NCBI GenBank assembly: GCA_002269645.1
Contig: NIVC01002186.1
Location: forward strand, 1 to 64,000
Source: Macrostomum lignano
Taxonomy: Eukaryota
Length of the DNA: 64,000 nt
Reading direction: 5' to 3'
Shown here piece after piece: positions 12,015-23,820 of the stretch. A program made the position numbers and the translations under genes. How positions within the stretch are numbered: the stretch's first letter is position 1; every line of letters starts with the position of its first letter. The notes under the pieces are model-generated. The model saw nothing but the letters and a program-made list of their open reading frames with translations, ran no database searches and had not been told where the DNA came from.

Positions 12015-12906
12015 CAAGACAGGTTTTAAAATCGAAAAATGCATGTAAAATTTTCCATTATCAAAAAATTGAAAGAAACTGACGTAATTTAAAGAGCTTA
12101 CTTTTTTCAAACAAAATAAGATGTCAATCAATGAAATCCAGACAAAGATAAAACAGAATTTCTGCACCAAAACTTTTTAAATGTCGATTTTTGCAACGCA
12201 CTAAAAATCATTCCTGGAAACGGACCCCTGGGCTGGGCACCAAAATTTTGTGGAAGTCACTTCAATGTCCGGCCCACTCAATTCTTGTGTCTCTTCTCAG
12301 CTCTCTTCTCTCTTCTCTCTCCTTTATTCCCTCTTCTTTCCTCTCTCATCTCATCCGTTACCCGTGGCTAATGACAAAGAGGGAGAGAGAGAGAGAGAGG
12401 GGTCGCTCTATACGGTAGAAGGATAATTCTGTTGAGGATAAAAACCGCGGTTTTATGGCGGTGGCTATTCAACAGCCCCCAGCCGTTGTCAGAAGTTATT
12501 AATAAAGGGACTGCATGTTAAATCTACATATTATATCAATTCATATATTAAGTTGAAATTGCGTTCCCGGACCTACAATGCGCATTGGGAGTTGGCTTTG
12601 TCATTCCACTCTATCTAATCCACCTATCCCTACACCGACACCCCCTGACAGTTGGGTCCCCCCCCCCTGCTACATGGGGCAGTTTTGCAGCTGCAGACCC
12701 CCAAGTTTCAGTTTCCTAGAAAAGACATGCTGGTAGAGCAAAAACTCTGTGGGTGGAACCCAGACTGCTACTACAGTTTACTGCTCCCGTCAGGCAAAAA
12801 ATTACCAATGAGCAATTATGCTTTTTGAGAGGCCGGCACCGATGAGAACAGGAGCAGAGAGAAGAGACACAATGACCCAGACACGCGACCACGATGAGCA
12901 GGTCAT

Positions 12907-14371
12907 GGACACACAGATACCATGAGCCAGACACAATGACATAATGAGCCAGACACAGATATCAGTGAGACAGGCTGTCCAGACACAGGCATAATGAGCC
13001 AGACACACAGACACAATGAGCCAGACACACAGACACAATGAGCCAGACACACAGACATACACACATACATAATGAGCCAGACACACAGACACAATGAGCC
13101 AGACACACAGACACAATGAGCCAGACACACAGACATAATGAGCCAGACACACAGACACAATGAGCCAGTCACACAGACATAATGAGCCAGACACACAGAC
13201 ACAATGAGCCAGACACACAGACATAATGAGCCAGTCACACAGAGATAATGAGCCAGACACACAGACATAATGAGCCAGTCACACAGACATAATGAGCCAG
13301 ACACACAGACACAATGGGCCAGACACACAGACATAATGAGCCAGTCACACAGACATAATGAGCCAGACACACAGACACAATGGGCCAGACACACAGACAT
13401 AATGAGCCAGTCACACAGACATAATGAGCCAGACACACAGACACAATGGGCCAGACACACAGACATAATGAGCCAGTCACACAGACATAATGAGCCAGAC
13501 ACACAGACACAATGAGCCAGACACACAGACATAATGAGCCAGTCACACAGAGATAATGAGCCAGACACACAGACACAATGAGCCAGACACACAGACACAA
13601 TGGGCCAGACACACAAACATAATGAGCCAGACACACAGACACAATGAGCCAGACACACAGACACAATGGGCCAGACACACAGACATAATGAGCCAGTCAC
13701 ACAGACATAATGAGCCAGACACACAGACACAATGAGCCAGACACACAGACATAATGAGCCAGTCACACAGAGATAATGAGCCAGACACACAGACATAATG
13801 AGCCAGTCACACAGACACAATGAGCCAGACACACAGACATAATGGGCCAGACACACAGACACAATGGGCCAGACACACAGACATAATGGGCCAGTCACAC
13901 AGACACAATGGGCCAGACACACAGACATAATGGGCCAGTCACACAGACACAATGGGCCAGACACACAGACATAATGGGCCAGTCACACAGACACAATGGG
14001 CCAGACACACAGACATAATGAGCCAGTCACACAGAGATAATGGGCCAGACACACAGACATAATGGGCCAGTCACACAGACACAATGGGCCAGACACACAG
14101 ACACAATGAGCCAGACACACAGACATAATGAGCCAGACACACAGACATAATGAGCCAGTCACACAGACACAATGGGCCAGACACACAGACATAATGAGCC
14201 AGACACACAGACACAATGGGCCAGACACACAGACATAATGAGCCAGTCACACAGAGATAATGGGCCAGACACACAGACATAATGAGCCAGTCACACAGAC
14301 ATAATGAGCCAGACACACAGACACAATGGGCCAGACACACAGACACAATGAGCCAGACACACAGACATAAT
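12907..14371. repeat. 22-bp minisatellite
   Basis: Unit AATGAGCCAGACACACAGACAC/AT with variants. Confidence 0.97.
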
Positions 14372-15019
14372 GCGGGTGGGGATGGAGCTGCAGGATGACA
14401 GGCAAAAATCCATTTTAGATAATAATTTGATCTTCGATTGAAAAAATACAAGATTAAAATAGAATAAATAAGCAAACGGATTATTAAGAAAACTTTAATT
14501 GGATGTTGCTTGTCACTTGGTTTGGTTAGGCTTTGATATCGTCAATGGAAAATCAATTAAAATGGCTTTCCAATCCGAAATTGTGTAGCGCAGACGCGTG
14601 GATGACAAATATTGCAGGACGTCATGGAAAACAAAGACTACAAAAAGGCAATGAAATCGCAACGAGGCTCTCCTGAGGTCCCCGTTGAATGATTGGAAAT
14701 TTCAACAAGGAAATAATAATCCAGATCTGACAGTGTTGTGAGAGAAAGATTAAAAAATGAAGGCGAGAAAAATGGTTTTTTAAAAAGAGGAATGCATTAT
14801 AAAGTTTTTATTGGCACCTGATGCACTGATTTTTTTGCGCTGCAAAAATTTCTCGAACACGCTTGACCCGGTCGAACATCGGGCAAAATAATTTCCCTAA
14901 AGGTGTTTCGATTGAGATTTAGCCGTGTGTGAGCAAAACTGCAACTTGTGCAATCTTTTTGGTGATTAAAAGCTTTGCTGTGGACATGCGGTGCATTGGC
15001 AATACACATACGCTATCTT

Positions 15020-15119
15020 CCCCGATATGTTTCGTATTAAACTTAATGAATAGCAAAAACTCAACTATCGAGGGCCCCGATATGTTTCGTATTAAACTTA
15101 ATAAATAGCAAAAACTCAA
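15020..15119. repeat. Two-copy direct repeat (~45 bp, 55-bp period)
   Basis: CCCCGATATGTTTCGTATTAAACTTAATRAATAGCAAAAACTCAA occurs twice. Confidence 0.85.
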
Positions 15120-16141
15120 TAGAATTCTCTTGATCCACACGCTGGCCTAATTTGGCATTCGAATATCGAGAAGGCCAGAGATGAGAATATAAATGTTAAA
15201 AGAGCCGCAAATTTCTGAGCGAGTCAGTTGAAACCAGGCGCCTGATTGGTTTTTTTTCAAAAGCAAAAAATTTGGCAATTGCAATCAATTTTCGAAGCGC
15301 ATGACAATCTTGAATACCTGAGGGACTTCAGAACTAATAAATTTTTAAAAAAGAAGATTGGGGGCTTGTTTGTCGCAAAAAAACACACACGAAAAACTCT
15401 CTTCAGGTGGCTTAACGGCAATTTTGCTTACTTCCTGGCTCTGCAAGTCCTGAGATAGCCATGCTGCTAAAAGCTTTGGTCATCAATTATGAAGGCCAGA
15501 TGGATGGATCGCGCGCTCGTCCGGCCACCAAACCAGCCAGCGGGACCTCCCTGGGGCTTCCCGGGATCTCGTCAGCCTAAATAGTGGCGCCGCAACCTCC
15601 CAACTGTGGTACTTTCTCCCGCCCACTTTCCTGCGATCCTCTTCTCAACACGCGCGCCTCCTCAGCACTGCTGAATTATTGAGCCGCCTGCATGGGCAAC
15701 TCCCAGCGCGCCAAGCAGATCCTCTCCATCTCTCGCAGGAGAGACTGTCCTCAAACGCTGTTTCGAGTCCGTCCATGAGCAGTTCTCTCTCTCTCTCTCT
15801 CACACACTTTTTCGCCCGTTCCGGAAAACTTTTCCGCAATATGAATTTTGGTGTGTGTCAACCCTGCGGCAATGTAATTCGATTCTCTCCATCGGTTCGA
15901 ATTTATGACCACTCGGCTGTGCTCAAACATTAACTCTGGCTGCTCTCTGGCCAGGGCCTAAGAGACACCCTTCGTGTTGGAGACTCAGGGGCCACGGGAG
16001 CGCTGTCCCCCTGCATTGAGATTGGGGGCCCAAATATTGCTCAACCTCAATGTGTGACCCAGCTTGGGGAGGTCAGGGGGGTCAAAGATCCCCGAGAATG
16101 AATAGAAAGCTCTCGTGAGCACGAAAATATCAATAGCATCG

Positions 16142-16433
16142 AAATCTAGGCTGTGGCGCTAAAATCTAGGCTGTGGCGCTAAAATCTAGGCTGTGGCGCT
16201 AAAATCTAGGCTGTGGCGCTAAAATCTAGGCTGTGGCGCTAAAATCTAGGCTGTGGCGCTAAAATCTAGGCTGTGGCGCTAAAATGTAGGCTGTGGCGCT
16301 AAAATCTAGGCTGTGGCGCTAAAATCTAGGCTGTGGCGCTAAAATCTAGGCTGTGGCGCTAAAATCTAGGCTGTGGCGCTAAAATCTAGGCTGTGGCGCT
16401 AAAATCTAGGCTGTGGCGCTAAATTGGCGCTAA
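16142..16433. repeat. 20-bp minisatellite, ~14 copies
   Basis: Unit AAATCTAGGCTGTGGCGCTA. Confidence 0.97.
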
Positions 16434-17247
16434 ATCCTCGCGTTTAGAAACTACCATCAGGGGCCGTTGCCCTTCACTATTCGGCAAAATATGGCGGCCC
16501 GGCTGTTTTTATAATTTTGCAAAGAAAAAAAATATTTCAATTGTAAAAGCCAGAATAGAAGAGACAGGCTGAGTGAATGAATGGGAAGAAACCATGGGGA
16601 GGGCAGGGAAGGAGAGTTATAGGAGAATATTGTGCTATAGGGGAGGCAATTTAGCCAAGTGTCCTTTCTGCAGACGATAAACTTGATGAAGTTTGGGTCG
16701 CTCGGGGAGCTCCTGCAGACTCCCAACTCATCCTTGCCTCATCCTTGGCCATCTTCCTATATATATTTTTCTTTCTACAGCTTTAGGACTCTCCACAGCC
16801 CAGCAGGAGCGGCAAGAAGCCAAGAGTCGTCGTTACTTCTGAGTTTGGAAGAGAAATCTTTTCTTGGCTCCTCGGAGGACCGAAAAGCTCGAGAGAGTTG
16901 GCCGCCAAGTTGCTGACAATCAGTGCAAATTTATGGGCCGCAGAAATTCCCATTTGGCCTCTGCGTATCTCTCCCGCTCTCTTCATCCTTGTCTTCCCAT
17001 CCGGGAGAAAAATCGGGACCAAACTATAGGGAAAAATATTGAAACTCTCGGCTTTGAGATCTTCGATTGAAATTCCGCAGGCTGAGGCATGCTTGTGCAG
17101 ATTGTCAGAAGACTGCCATCATCAAGAGCTTTGAAACCGATTGGACATAAAACATTTTGGAGGCCGTTGGCTAGACTCTCAAACTAACCGCAGACACCTC
17201 TGCTTAACCAGCGCTTGCCCCCCGCTCAGATCATTCTCGATGCTCAC

Positions 17248-17487
17248 CTTGTTCAGCGGGACCCCCGTCAGAGCAGTCTGCAGGCTGGCGGCCGCAGCCG
17301 CCGCCGGTCCGCCCGGATATCCGGGATAGCCGGCAAGAGCCGGGCTGGACACCAGGCCGTTGGGCGTCACTCCGGCCGCGGCTGCTGCAGCGGCGGCGTT
17401 GGAAGCCGCAGCGCCGCCCCCGCTGCCCGCTGCCACCGCTGCGGTGTTGTACATATTTGGCGGCACCATCACCAGTTCGTACAGCAT
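17248..17487 (-). CDS. TIA1: TIA-1/TIAR-like gene, putative first coding exon (Ala/Gly-rich low-complexity N-terminus, 80 codons)
   Basis: ATG at 17487; MLYELVMVPPNMYNTAAVAAGSGGGAAASNAAAAAAAAG...VPLNK; ends at AAG|gtgagc donor, phase 0, matching the next exon. Assignment rests on phase, position and codon-like composition, not domain homology. Confidence 0.65.
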
Positions 17488-18894
17488 GTCTGAGCTATTT
17501 GATATACGAGACTTGAACTATTTTAAGTGTCAAAGCAAACTGATATTTTCTGTCTGTTTTGTTTCGGTGTCCGCTGCTGCTGCTGCGTCTTTGGCCGCGC
17601 TCCGATTGCTCGGGGCTTTAGCTGCTAGAGATGGCGGCGGCTGGCTGCGGCTGCTGCTGGGGTTGCGCGGACTCTCCCGGCGCGGCGTGAGGTGGTCGGC
17701 CTGGGGTTGGTCGCCTTTCATAAAATTTGAATGAGCCCACAATTGCCACGGGGCCTGTCAGTAAGCGCCAGCTCAGGAGAGGCCCGCCGCCCCTCTTCCC
17801 TACCCCCCTGATCTCGCAGCCGCTCCCCTCTTCCACGTCTTCCCGTTCTCTACGCCCCCCTCCTATTGCCGCCTTGGCCAAAGCGGGGACCCCTTCCCTC
17901 TCTTCCTCTCCGCAGAACCTTCTCCCATTCTCCCCCCCCTTGAGTAGTTGGGAGATCCCGGTTCCCGGACTCAGGAACGGGGAGGAAGTTGGGGAGGGGG
18001 AGAGAACCTGCCAGGCAGCTATGGACCTTGGGACCTGGTGTTGGTAGAAGGCTCTGGGCGCTTGGAAAAAACTGGTGTGTGTGTGTGTGCGCCCTCTATC
18101 ATTGGCCCAGAATGTGGGAGAAGTCTCCCCATGGTGGAGCTGGGCGGAGGGGGTTGATGCTGTGCCTGAGCAGGGAAAGGGGAACAGAGATCGAGGTGGT
18201 GGAGGCCCCCGGCTGCTGCTGGAGGTGGCAAAATTGCTCACGGGCTGTGCTCATGGATAAATGAGAGAGAGAGACTGGGAGAATGCTTTGCAGGGAATAT
18301 CGGCAGGACTGGGAGTCAGGATTTTGGGGCAGGTTGTGCGAGTAGGGGGTATGTGGGACCAGTTTGCTGCGGCAGATTGAGGATCAGGAAGGGAAAAGTG
18401 TGCTGCTCTGCTCACCCAAGCTCAGGTCATCCCCGAGTTCGGAGGTTTTCAGGCTCACCTGAGTTCTCCGGGGGTGCCGTGTTTTCGAGTCCGAGACCCC
18501 ATCGTGGGATATTTTCAGAAAATTCGATACAAATCTCTCTGGTAGACAGAGCAGGATGGCAGAGGGTTTTTTGCTATGCAATGTAAAGGATCAAGAATTA
18601 AACCTCGATTTAAGTCTTTAGGGCGAGGCGAGTTTAAGGCTGCTTTTTTACTTAACCCCGGACACTGCTCAAGAAACTGCGGCGGTAATCCTCGGGGATT
18701 GCGGTAACTAGGATTTTATTCTCTATAAACCAAGCCAGCTCATCTCTTTCCTACGTTAATATCACCCTGGAGCACCGCCTCAGAAGCAGATTTTGGACTC
18801 GAGCCCAGCTGGTCCGCTGCCCCGGCTGGTAAAATTAACATCTGCTGTGCGTACGTTTTTGAACTGTGTGCGATGTACTTAAGTCACCAGAACC

Positions 18895-19560
18895 TGAATG
18901 AGGATCTTCACCCGAATCTTAAATGAGGATATTCACCCGAATCTTAAATGAGGATCTTCACCCGAATCTTAAATAAGGATCTTCACCCGAATCTTAAATG
19001 AGGATCTTCACCCGAATCTTAAATGAGGATCTTCACCCGAATCTTAAATGAGGATCTTCACTCGAATCTTAAATGAGGATCTTCACCCGAATCTTAAATG
19101 AGGATCTTCACCCGAATCTTAAATGAGGATCTTCACCCGAATCTTAAATGAGGATCTTCACTCGAATCTTAAATGAGGATCTTCCGCCCGACTCTTTATA
19201 ATGACGATCTTCACCCGAATCTGAATAAGGATCTTCACTCGAATCTGAATAGGGATCTTCACCCGAATCTTAAGTGAGAATCTTCACCCGAATCCTAATG
19301 AGGATCTTCCACCCGAATCTTAATGAGGATCTTCATCTGAATCTTAATAGGGATCTTCACCAGCATCTAAATAAGGATCTTCACCCGAATCTTAAATGAG
19401 GATCTTCACTCGAATCTTAAATGAGGATCTTCCGCCCGACTCTTTATAATGACGATCTTCACCCGAATCTGAATAAGGATCTTCACTCGAATCTGAATAG
19501 GGATCTTCACCCGAATCCTAATGAGGATCTTCACCCGAATCTTAATTAGGATCTTAGGAC
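18895..19560. repeat. 25-bp minisatellite with an internal higher-order duplication
   Basis: Unit GAGGATCTTCACCCGAATCTTAAAT. Confidence 0.96.
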
Positions 19561-19946
19561 CCAAATTTGAATAAGGAACTTCACTTTGAAACGTAATCTC
19601 TCCGAATTATTCTATCGAGTCTCGAATAGCGCGGAACAGAACTTTCGATTCGACCATCATGCTCGCGAATAATGAATTAGCTTGTAAATATATTTATTTT
19701 TATACTTTCTATGTTTTCTACTATTGAGTAGTAAGAATCGGCCTGAGCACATAAACGGTATACCATTAAATTTAAAGAATTTTTCTTAGGTGAGTCAAAT
19801 TGCTCTACACGCTATTTCTTTCCAATGGAAGTGTACACTTCTGCTTTTAGAGCAGATTTGTGTTTGTACATGCGCTGCTCGACATGATCTTTTAGAAATA
19901 GCAGAAATTTTGTTAAGACGCAAAACTTGCAGCCGATTGAACAGGC

Positions 19947-20018
19947 GGCTCAGTGGTCTAGGGGTATGATTCTCGCTTTGGGTGCGAGAGGTCCCGGGTT
20001 CAAATCCCGGCTGAGCCC
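19947..20018 (+). tRNA. tRNA-Pro(TGG)
   Basis: GGCTCAGTGGTCTAGGGGTATGATTCTCGCTTTGGGTGCGAGAGGTCCCGGGTTCAAATCCCGGCTGAGCCC: intact cloverleaf, acceptor GGCTCAG/CTGAGCC, downstream TTTT and TTTTT Pol III terminators. Confidence 0.97.
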
Positions 20019-20286
20019 ATTCTTTTGCATTTTTCAATTACTGATAGCCCGTGCTTACAGAAAAGCACAATAAACAAAATAGTAATAGACACAAATCTAA
20101 AAGTTAAAACAGTATGGGAAATTAATTTCTGAATACATGCGACAATGGGCTGTCACTATGGGGTGATTTTCATAACGTGCCAGAACCTATATTAAGGCTT
20201 CTGCTTCCTGCATCACAAAAAATTTTTTTTCGGAAGCCTTTAGCAGTTAAAATGTTATGTGATTCCAAACATTCTACAAAAACTTC

Positions 20287-20303
20287 CGCCCCCGGGTGGG
20301 CTC

Positions 20304-20340
<37 letters not shown>

Positions 20341-20360
20341 GCCGATTGCGCCACGGAGGC
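20287..20360 (-). tRNA. tRNA-Asn(GTT)
   Basis: Reverse complement GCCTCCGTGGCGCAATCGGCTAGCGCGTTCGGCTGTTAACCGAAAGGTTGGTGGTTCGAGCCCACCCGGGGGCG; 74 nt, followed by TTTTT. Confidence 0.97.
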
Positions 20361-21106
20361 AGCTGCTAGACGCACCAAAAAAGTGCATTTTTAAAAAGTC
20401 TTGGCCTTAAATTATACCACAATTAACTTAGTTGTTTGTTATGTACCTAAGTAAAATTATTTAGCAAAGTCAGATCCGCTGTCAGCAACAAAATCATGTG
20501 CTGGGGAACTTTTCTCCCAGGGACTGGGGAAGGGTTGGTAAAGAGTCCCAGTCACTGACCAATTATTACCCTGTAATGTAAACCCGCGTGCAAGGGGTCA
20601 CCATAATTTTTACCGGCCTATTTTTAATTTCAGAGGGCCAATGCCAATGCCAACTGGCTACGCCCCTGTGGCCTGCGCATACTTACAGTGTACTATGCAC
20701 ATGCATATATGTATAGTACACGATATGTACACACGTGCCTGTGATGTATAGTAGTTATATAATAGTACTGCAAAGTTGAATAATATTAATCCCTATGCTA
20801 TTTAAAATAATATATGATTTTCCAAACTATTCATGTTGAGTTAGAAATTTAGTATGCTACATAAGTTTGCGGAATGGGCGTTCGCGCCTTCCCGCTGTGT
20901 CCCCCCGGGACAGCCCTGCATGCTACATAAGTACGTAGTCATGGTGTTGCGTTTTATTGATGCAGCTGAAACTGGAAAGGTAACGCGGCCGGGCGATGAA
21001 ACTTTTTTGAGCGTGTGCGTGTGTATGTGCATCCCGTTTTACTAATATAGCCTAAGGCTTAAGCAACAAACAATTATTAAGTACAAGTTCGATGTATAAA
21101 TGCTTA

Positions 21107-21983
21107 TTATAGCATTTTGCAGTCAAGTTTGAACTGCGGGCATTCAAATTAGACAAGAAGGGAAGAGCCAAATTTCAGAATCCGTCCCCAAGTCAAGCAG
21201 AACTTTATGTCTGTGGCACAAACTGAAACACACTGACGGGCACTCAATTTAGACAACGGGCATTCAAATTAGACAAGCAGCGGAAAGTCTATGTGTGCCA
21301 GAGAGAAAGACCATGGACAATCCACGACGGATTGCAAATCCCGGAGGAGTGGGTTGGTCGAATTGAATTGAAGATCTTACCACCTTACTCTCCTTTCCTG
21401 AACCCAGTTGAACTGGCTCACAGTGCCTTTAAATCAGCAGTCAAGAGGCAGCTGTCCAATCCTGAAGTTCAGAGAGAATTGGCTGTTCCGCCTCCTGACA
21501 TGACTGCCGTTCAATGGAGACTGATGGTGCTGCAGAGGTGCGGGGAAATCGCGATGGATGACGTGACTCCACTGAAGTGCGTTCACTGGTATCAGCACAC
21601 GCTCCGCTTCATCCCACGCTGTCTGGCAAATGAAGACATCGTTTGAATTCTCTATCAGATGAGACTCTTGTGAGACTCTTGTTCATTGATGTGCTGAGCA
21701 CCCTGTTTTGTTTGTTCACACATGCTTACTTTGTTATAACTTGTTCTTATCTTCATAGTTCAGGGTTCACAGAATGGTTGTCTGACAACAGACGCAACAC
21801 GATCTTGAATTGCCCAGCCAATGCGCCTGAGAACTTGTCTAATTTGAATGCCCCTTGTCTAAATTGAGTGCCCACCAGTGTGATTTTGTCTAGGCCATAG
21901 ATAGCATTTGTGCCAGCAGTGAGATCTGGTCAAGCGTCTAATTTGAATGCCCGCAGTTCAAACTTGACTGCAAAATGCTATAA
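21107..21983 (+). mobile_element. Internally deleted IS630-Tc1-mariner DNA transposon (877 bp), TA target site, perfect 48-bp TIRs
   Basis: 21105-21154 is the exact reverse complement of 21936-21985, including the flanking TA. Internal remnant encodes ELKILPPYSPFLNPVELAHSAFKSAVKR (C-terminal DDE motif). Confidence 0.93.
21293..21646 (+). pseudogene. C-terminal fragment of a Tc1/IS630-type DDE transposase
   Basis: LPPYSPFLNPVE motif is present; a candidate MDN motif lies just upstream in another frame; DNA-binding domain and first catalytic Asp are absent. Confidence 0.85.
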
Positions 21984-22464
21984 TATTCTGTAAATGTTGA
22001 AGCCAGAGTCCGTGAGTTTTAAGAAGTTCATGCGAAAATGTATTAGTTTATTCTACTTTCTGCTTAGCATAGAGCTTATTCTGATGGGTAGTTTATTTAG
22101 GTGTTTTTTCCTTAAACAACTTATGGCTAAATTTTTAGCAAACGTGTTGATTTTTGTTTTAATGCAAAAACATCGCGTTCTTAGTTTTCAATTTTTCAAT
22201 GTCAATCTGAGTTTTGCGATTGCACGCTAAAAATCGACGCATACACTGAATCCCATAGTATGTAGTGTAAGTTATTCATAAACTTCGCTGCAAAGTATCC
22301 GAAAAATTGCTGCTAAGTATTTTTATTTATTCACGAGTATACATACTCGAATAGCTATAGACGTACCAGTACCACCGACAGGAGCCATGTATTTCAGATA
22401 AAGTAAGAGATATAGAACGGGGCGGAGCTTCGGAAATAGAAGATTTCTTTTATTTCTGCATAAC

Positions 22465-22534
22465 ATGTTTAAGAAATTTACGAGTACCTACCTGCTTGTT
22501 TTGTTATTTTTTCAATTGCAGCCTAAAGAACTAG
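22465..22534 (+). CDS. DCC: DCC/neogenin/frazzled-family receptor, exon 1 (signal peptide)
   Basis: MFKKFTSTYLLVLLFFQLQPKEL G|gtgagt: basic N-region then hydrophobic core; phase 1 matches exon 2. Confidence 0.8.
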
Positions 22535-22948
22535 GTGAGTAATTTTTCAAAGCATGCAAAAAAGTAGCTCATTTAAAATTCTCCTTTCAATTTTCTAAGG
22601 AAAAATGTGTGTATTTAAAAAATAATAAGAATTTTATTCTTAATTTTTAGGCCTTTAATTTTTTTACTATGATTTTAACACTAATTTCTTTTAAATCCTA
22701 ATATTTTTTCTAAAATGAAAACTTTAAAGGTTATTTAAAAACTTAATTGAAATGTAATTTAAATTTTAATCTTTGATTTTTTAAATTTTTAAAAATCGAG
22801 CCTAAAGTATAAATTACATATTAAACTATTATAGGCCTGGAATAAATAAAATGGTCCAAGTTTTAAGCAGTTGGTATTAATAAATTTTTATCCTTCAAGA
22901 AAACTAAAGAATTTAATCGCTTGAAAAATTTAATTTCAACACATTCAG

Positions 22949-23135
22949 GAGCGAGAGAGTTCGCTAATCTCCGGTTCATCCATGAGCCTCAGAACGCGCT
23001 CGCCGTCCGAGGCCAGCCGGTGAGATTCGACTGCGCCTACGAAGTTGTGCAGTCTTTGAAAAGCTCGGTCGATGTCACGTGGTATCACAACGACAAGCCC
23101 ATGCTTGGCTTGTCCCATAGCGCTTCCAACAGAGT
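22949..23135 (+). CDS. DCC: DCC-family exon 2 (Ig1 N-half)
   Basis: cattcag|GA GCG...; LRFIHEPQNALAVRGQPVRFDCAY...VTWYHND; ends GT|gtgagt, phase 1 to 2. Confidence 0.9.
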
Positions 23136-23240
23136 GTGAGTTTTCCCGTTTGATTTACGGTACTATACATCCAACCCTAATTTCCTGCTGTGTCTAATTA
23201 CATTTAATTTGTTTGTTAATCTGTCCTATTTGCATTCCAG

Positions 23241-23386
23241 CCATCTGCTATCCAATAATTCGCTATACATAGCCAAGACTATTCAGACGGAAGTCGAACA
23301 GCCGGACATTGGGACCTATCACTGCGCGCTACGGCTGGAGTCGGTGGGCGCTGCTCGTAGTCGGACTGCCACACTGAGAATTGCTT
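23241..23386 (+). CDS. DCC: DCC-family exon 3 (Ig1 C-half)
   Basis: HLLSNNSLYI...QPDIGTYHCALRLESVGAARSRTATLRIA resembles DCC Ig1 LSNGSLLI...KPDEGLYQC...SRTAKVAVA; ttccag acceptor, gtgaga donor, phase 2 to 1. Confidence 0.92.
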
Positions 23387-23820
23387 GTGAGATATACTGG
23401 TTTTGGTGCCCTCCCCATGTAGATATACAATGGTTTTGGCGCCATCCCTATGTAGATATATACTGGTTTCGGCGCCATCCCCATGTAGATATATACTGGT
23501 TTCGGCGCCATCCCCATGTAGATATATACTGGTTTTGGCGCCATCCCTATGTAGATATATACTGGTTTCGGCGCCATCCCCATGTAGATATATACTGGTT
23601 TCGGCGCCATCCCCATGTAGATATATACTGGTTTTGGCGCCATCCCCATGTAGATATATACTGGTTTTGGCGCCATCCCCATGTAGCTATACAATGGTTT
23701 GGCGCCATCCCCATGTAGCTATACAATGGTTTTGGCGCCATCCCCATGTAGCTATACAATGGTTTTGGCTCCATTCCTGTGTAGATATACTGGTTTTTGG
23801 CGCCACCCCTGTGTAGACAT
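23387..23820. repeat. 33-bp minisatellite starting at the exon-3 donor
   Basis: Unit GTAGATATATACTGGTTTYGGCGCCATCCCCAT. Confidence 0.96.

Noticed and set aside
16070-16084. Nuclear-receptor DR3 motif AGGTCA-GGG-GGGTCA (and DR4-like spacing in the 62154-62671 decamer array)
   Set aside because: Short motifs are expected by chance in 64 kb, and there is no supporting evidence.
20655-20669. GCTACGCCCCTG resembling a CAGGGGCGTAGC MITE/hAT terminus
   Set aside because: No matching opposite terminus or TSD was found nearby.
22386-22404. Upstream ATG with a GTAAG donor-like site before DCC exon 1
   Set aside because: ATG TAT TTC AGA TAA stops after four codons, so it is at most a uORF. ATG 22465 gives the signal peptide.
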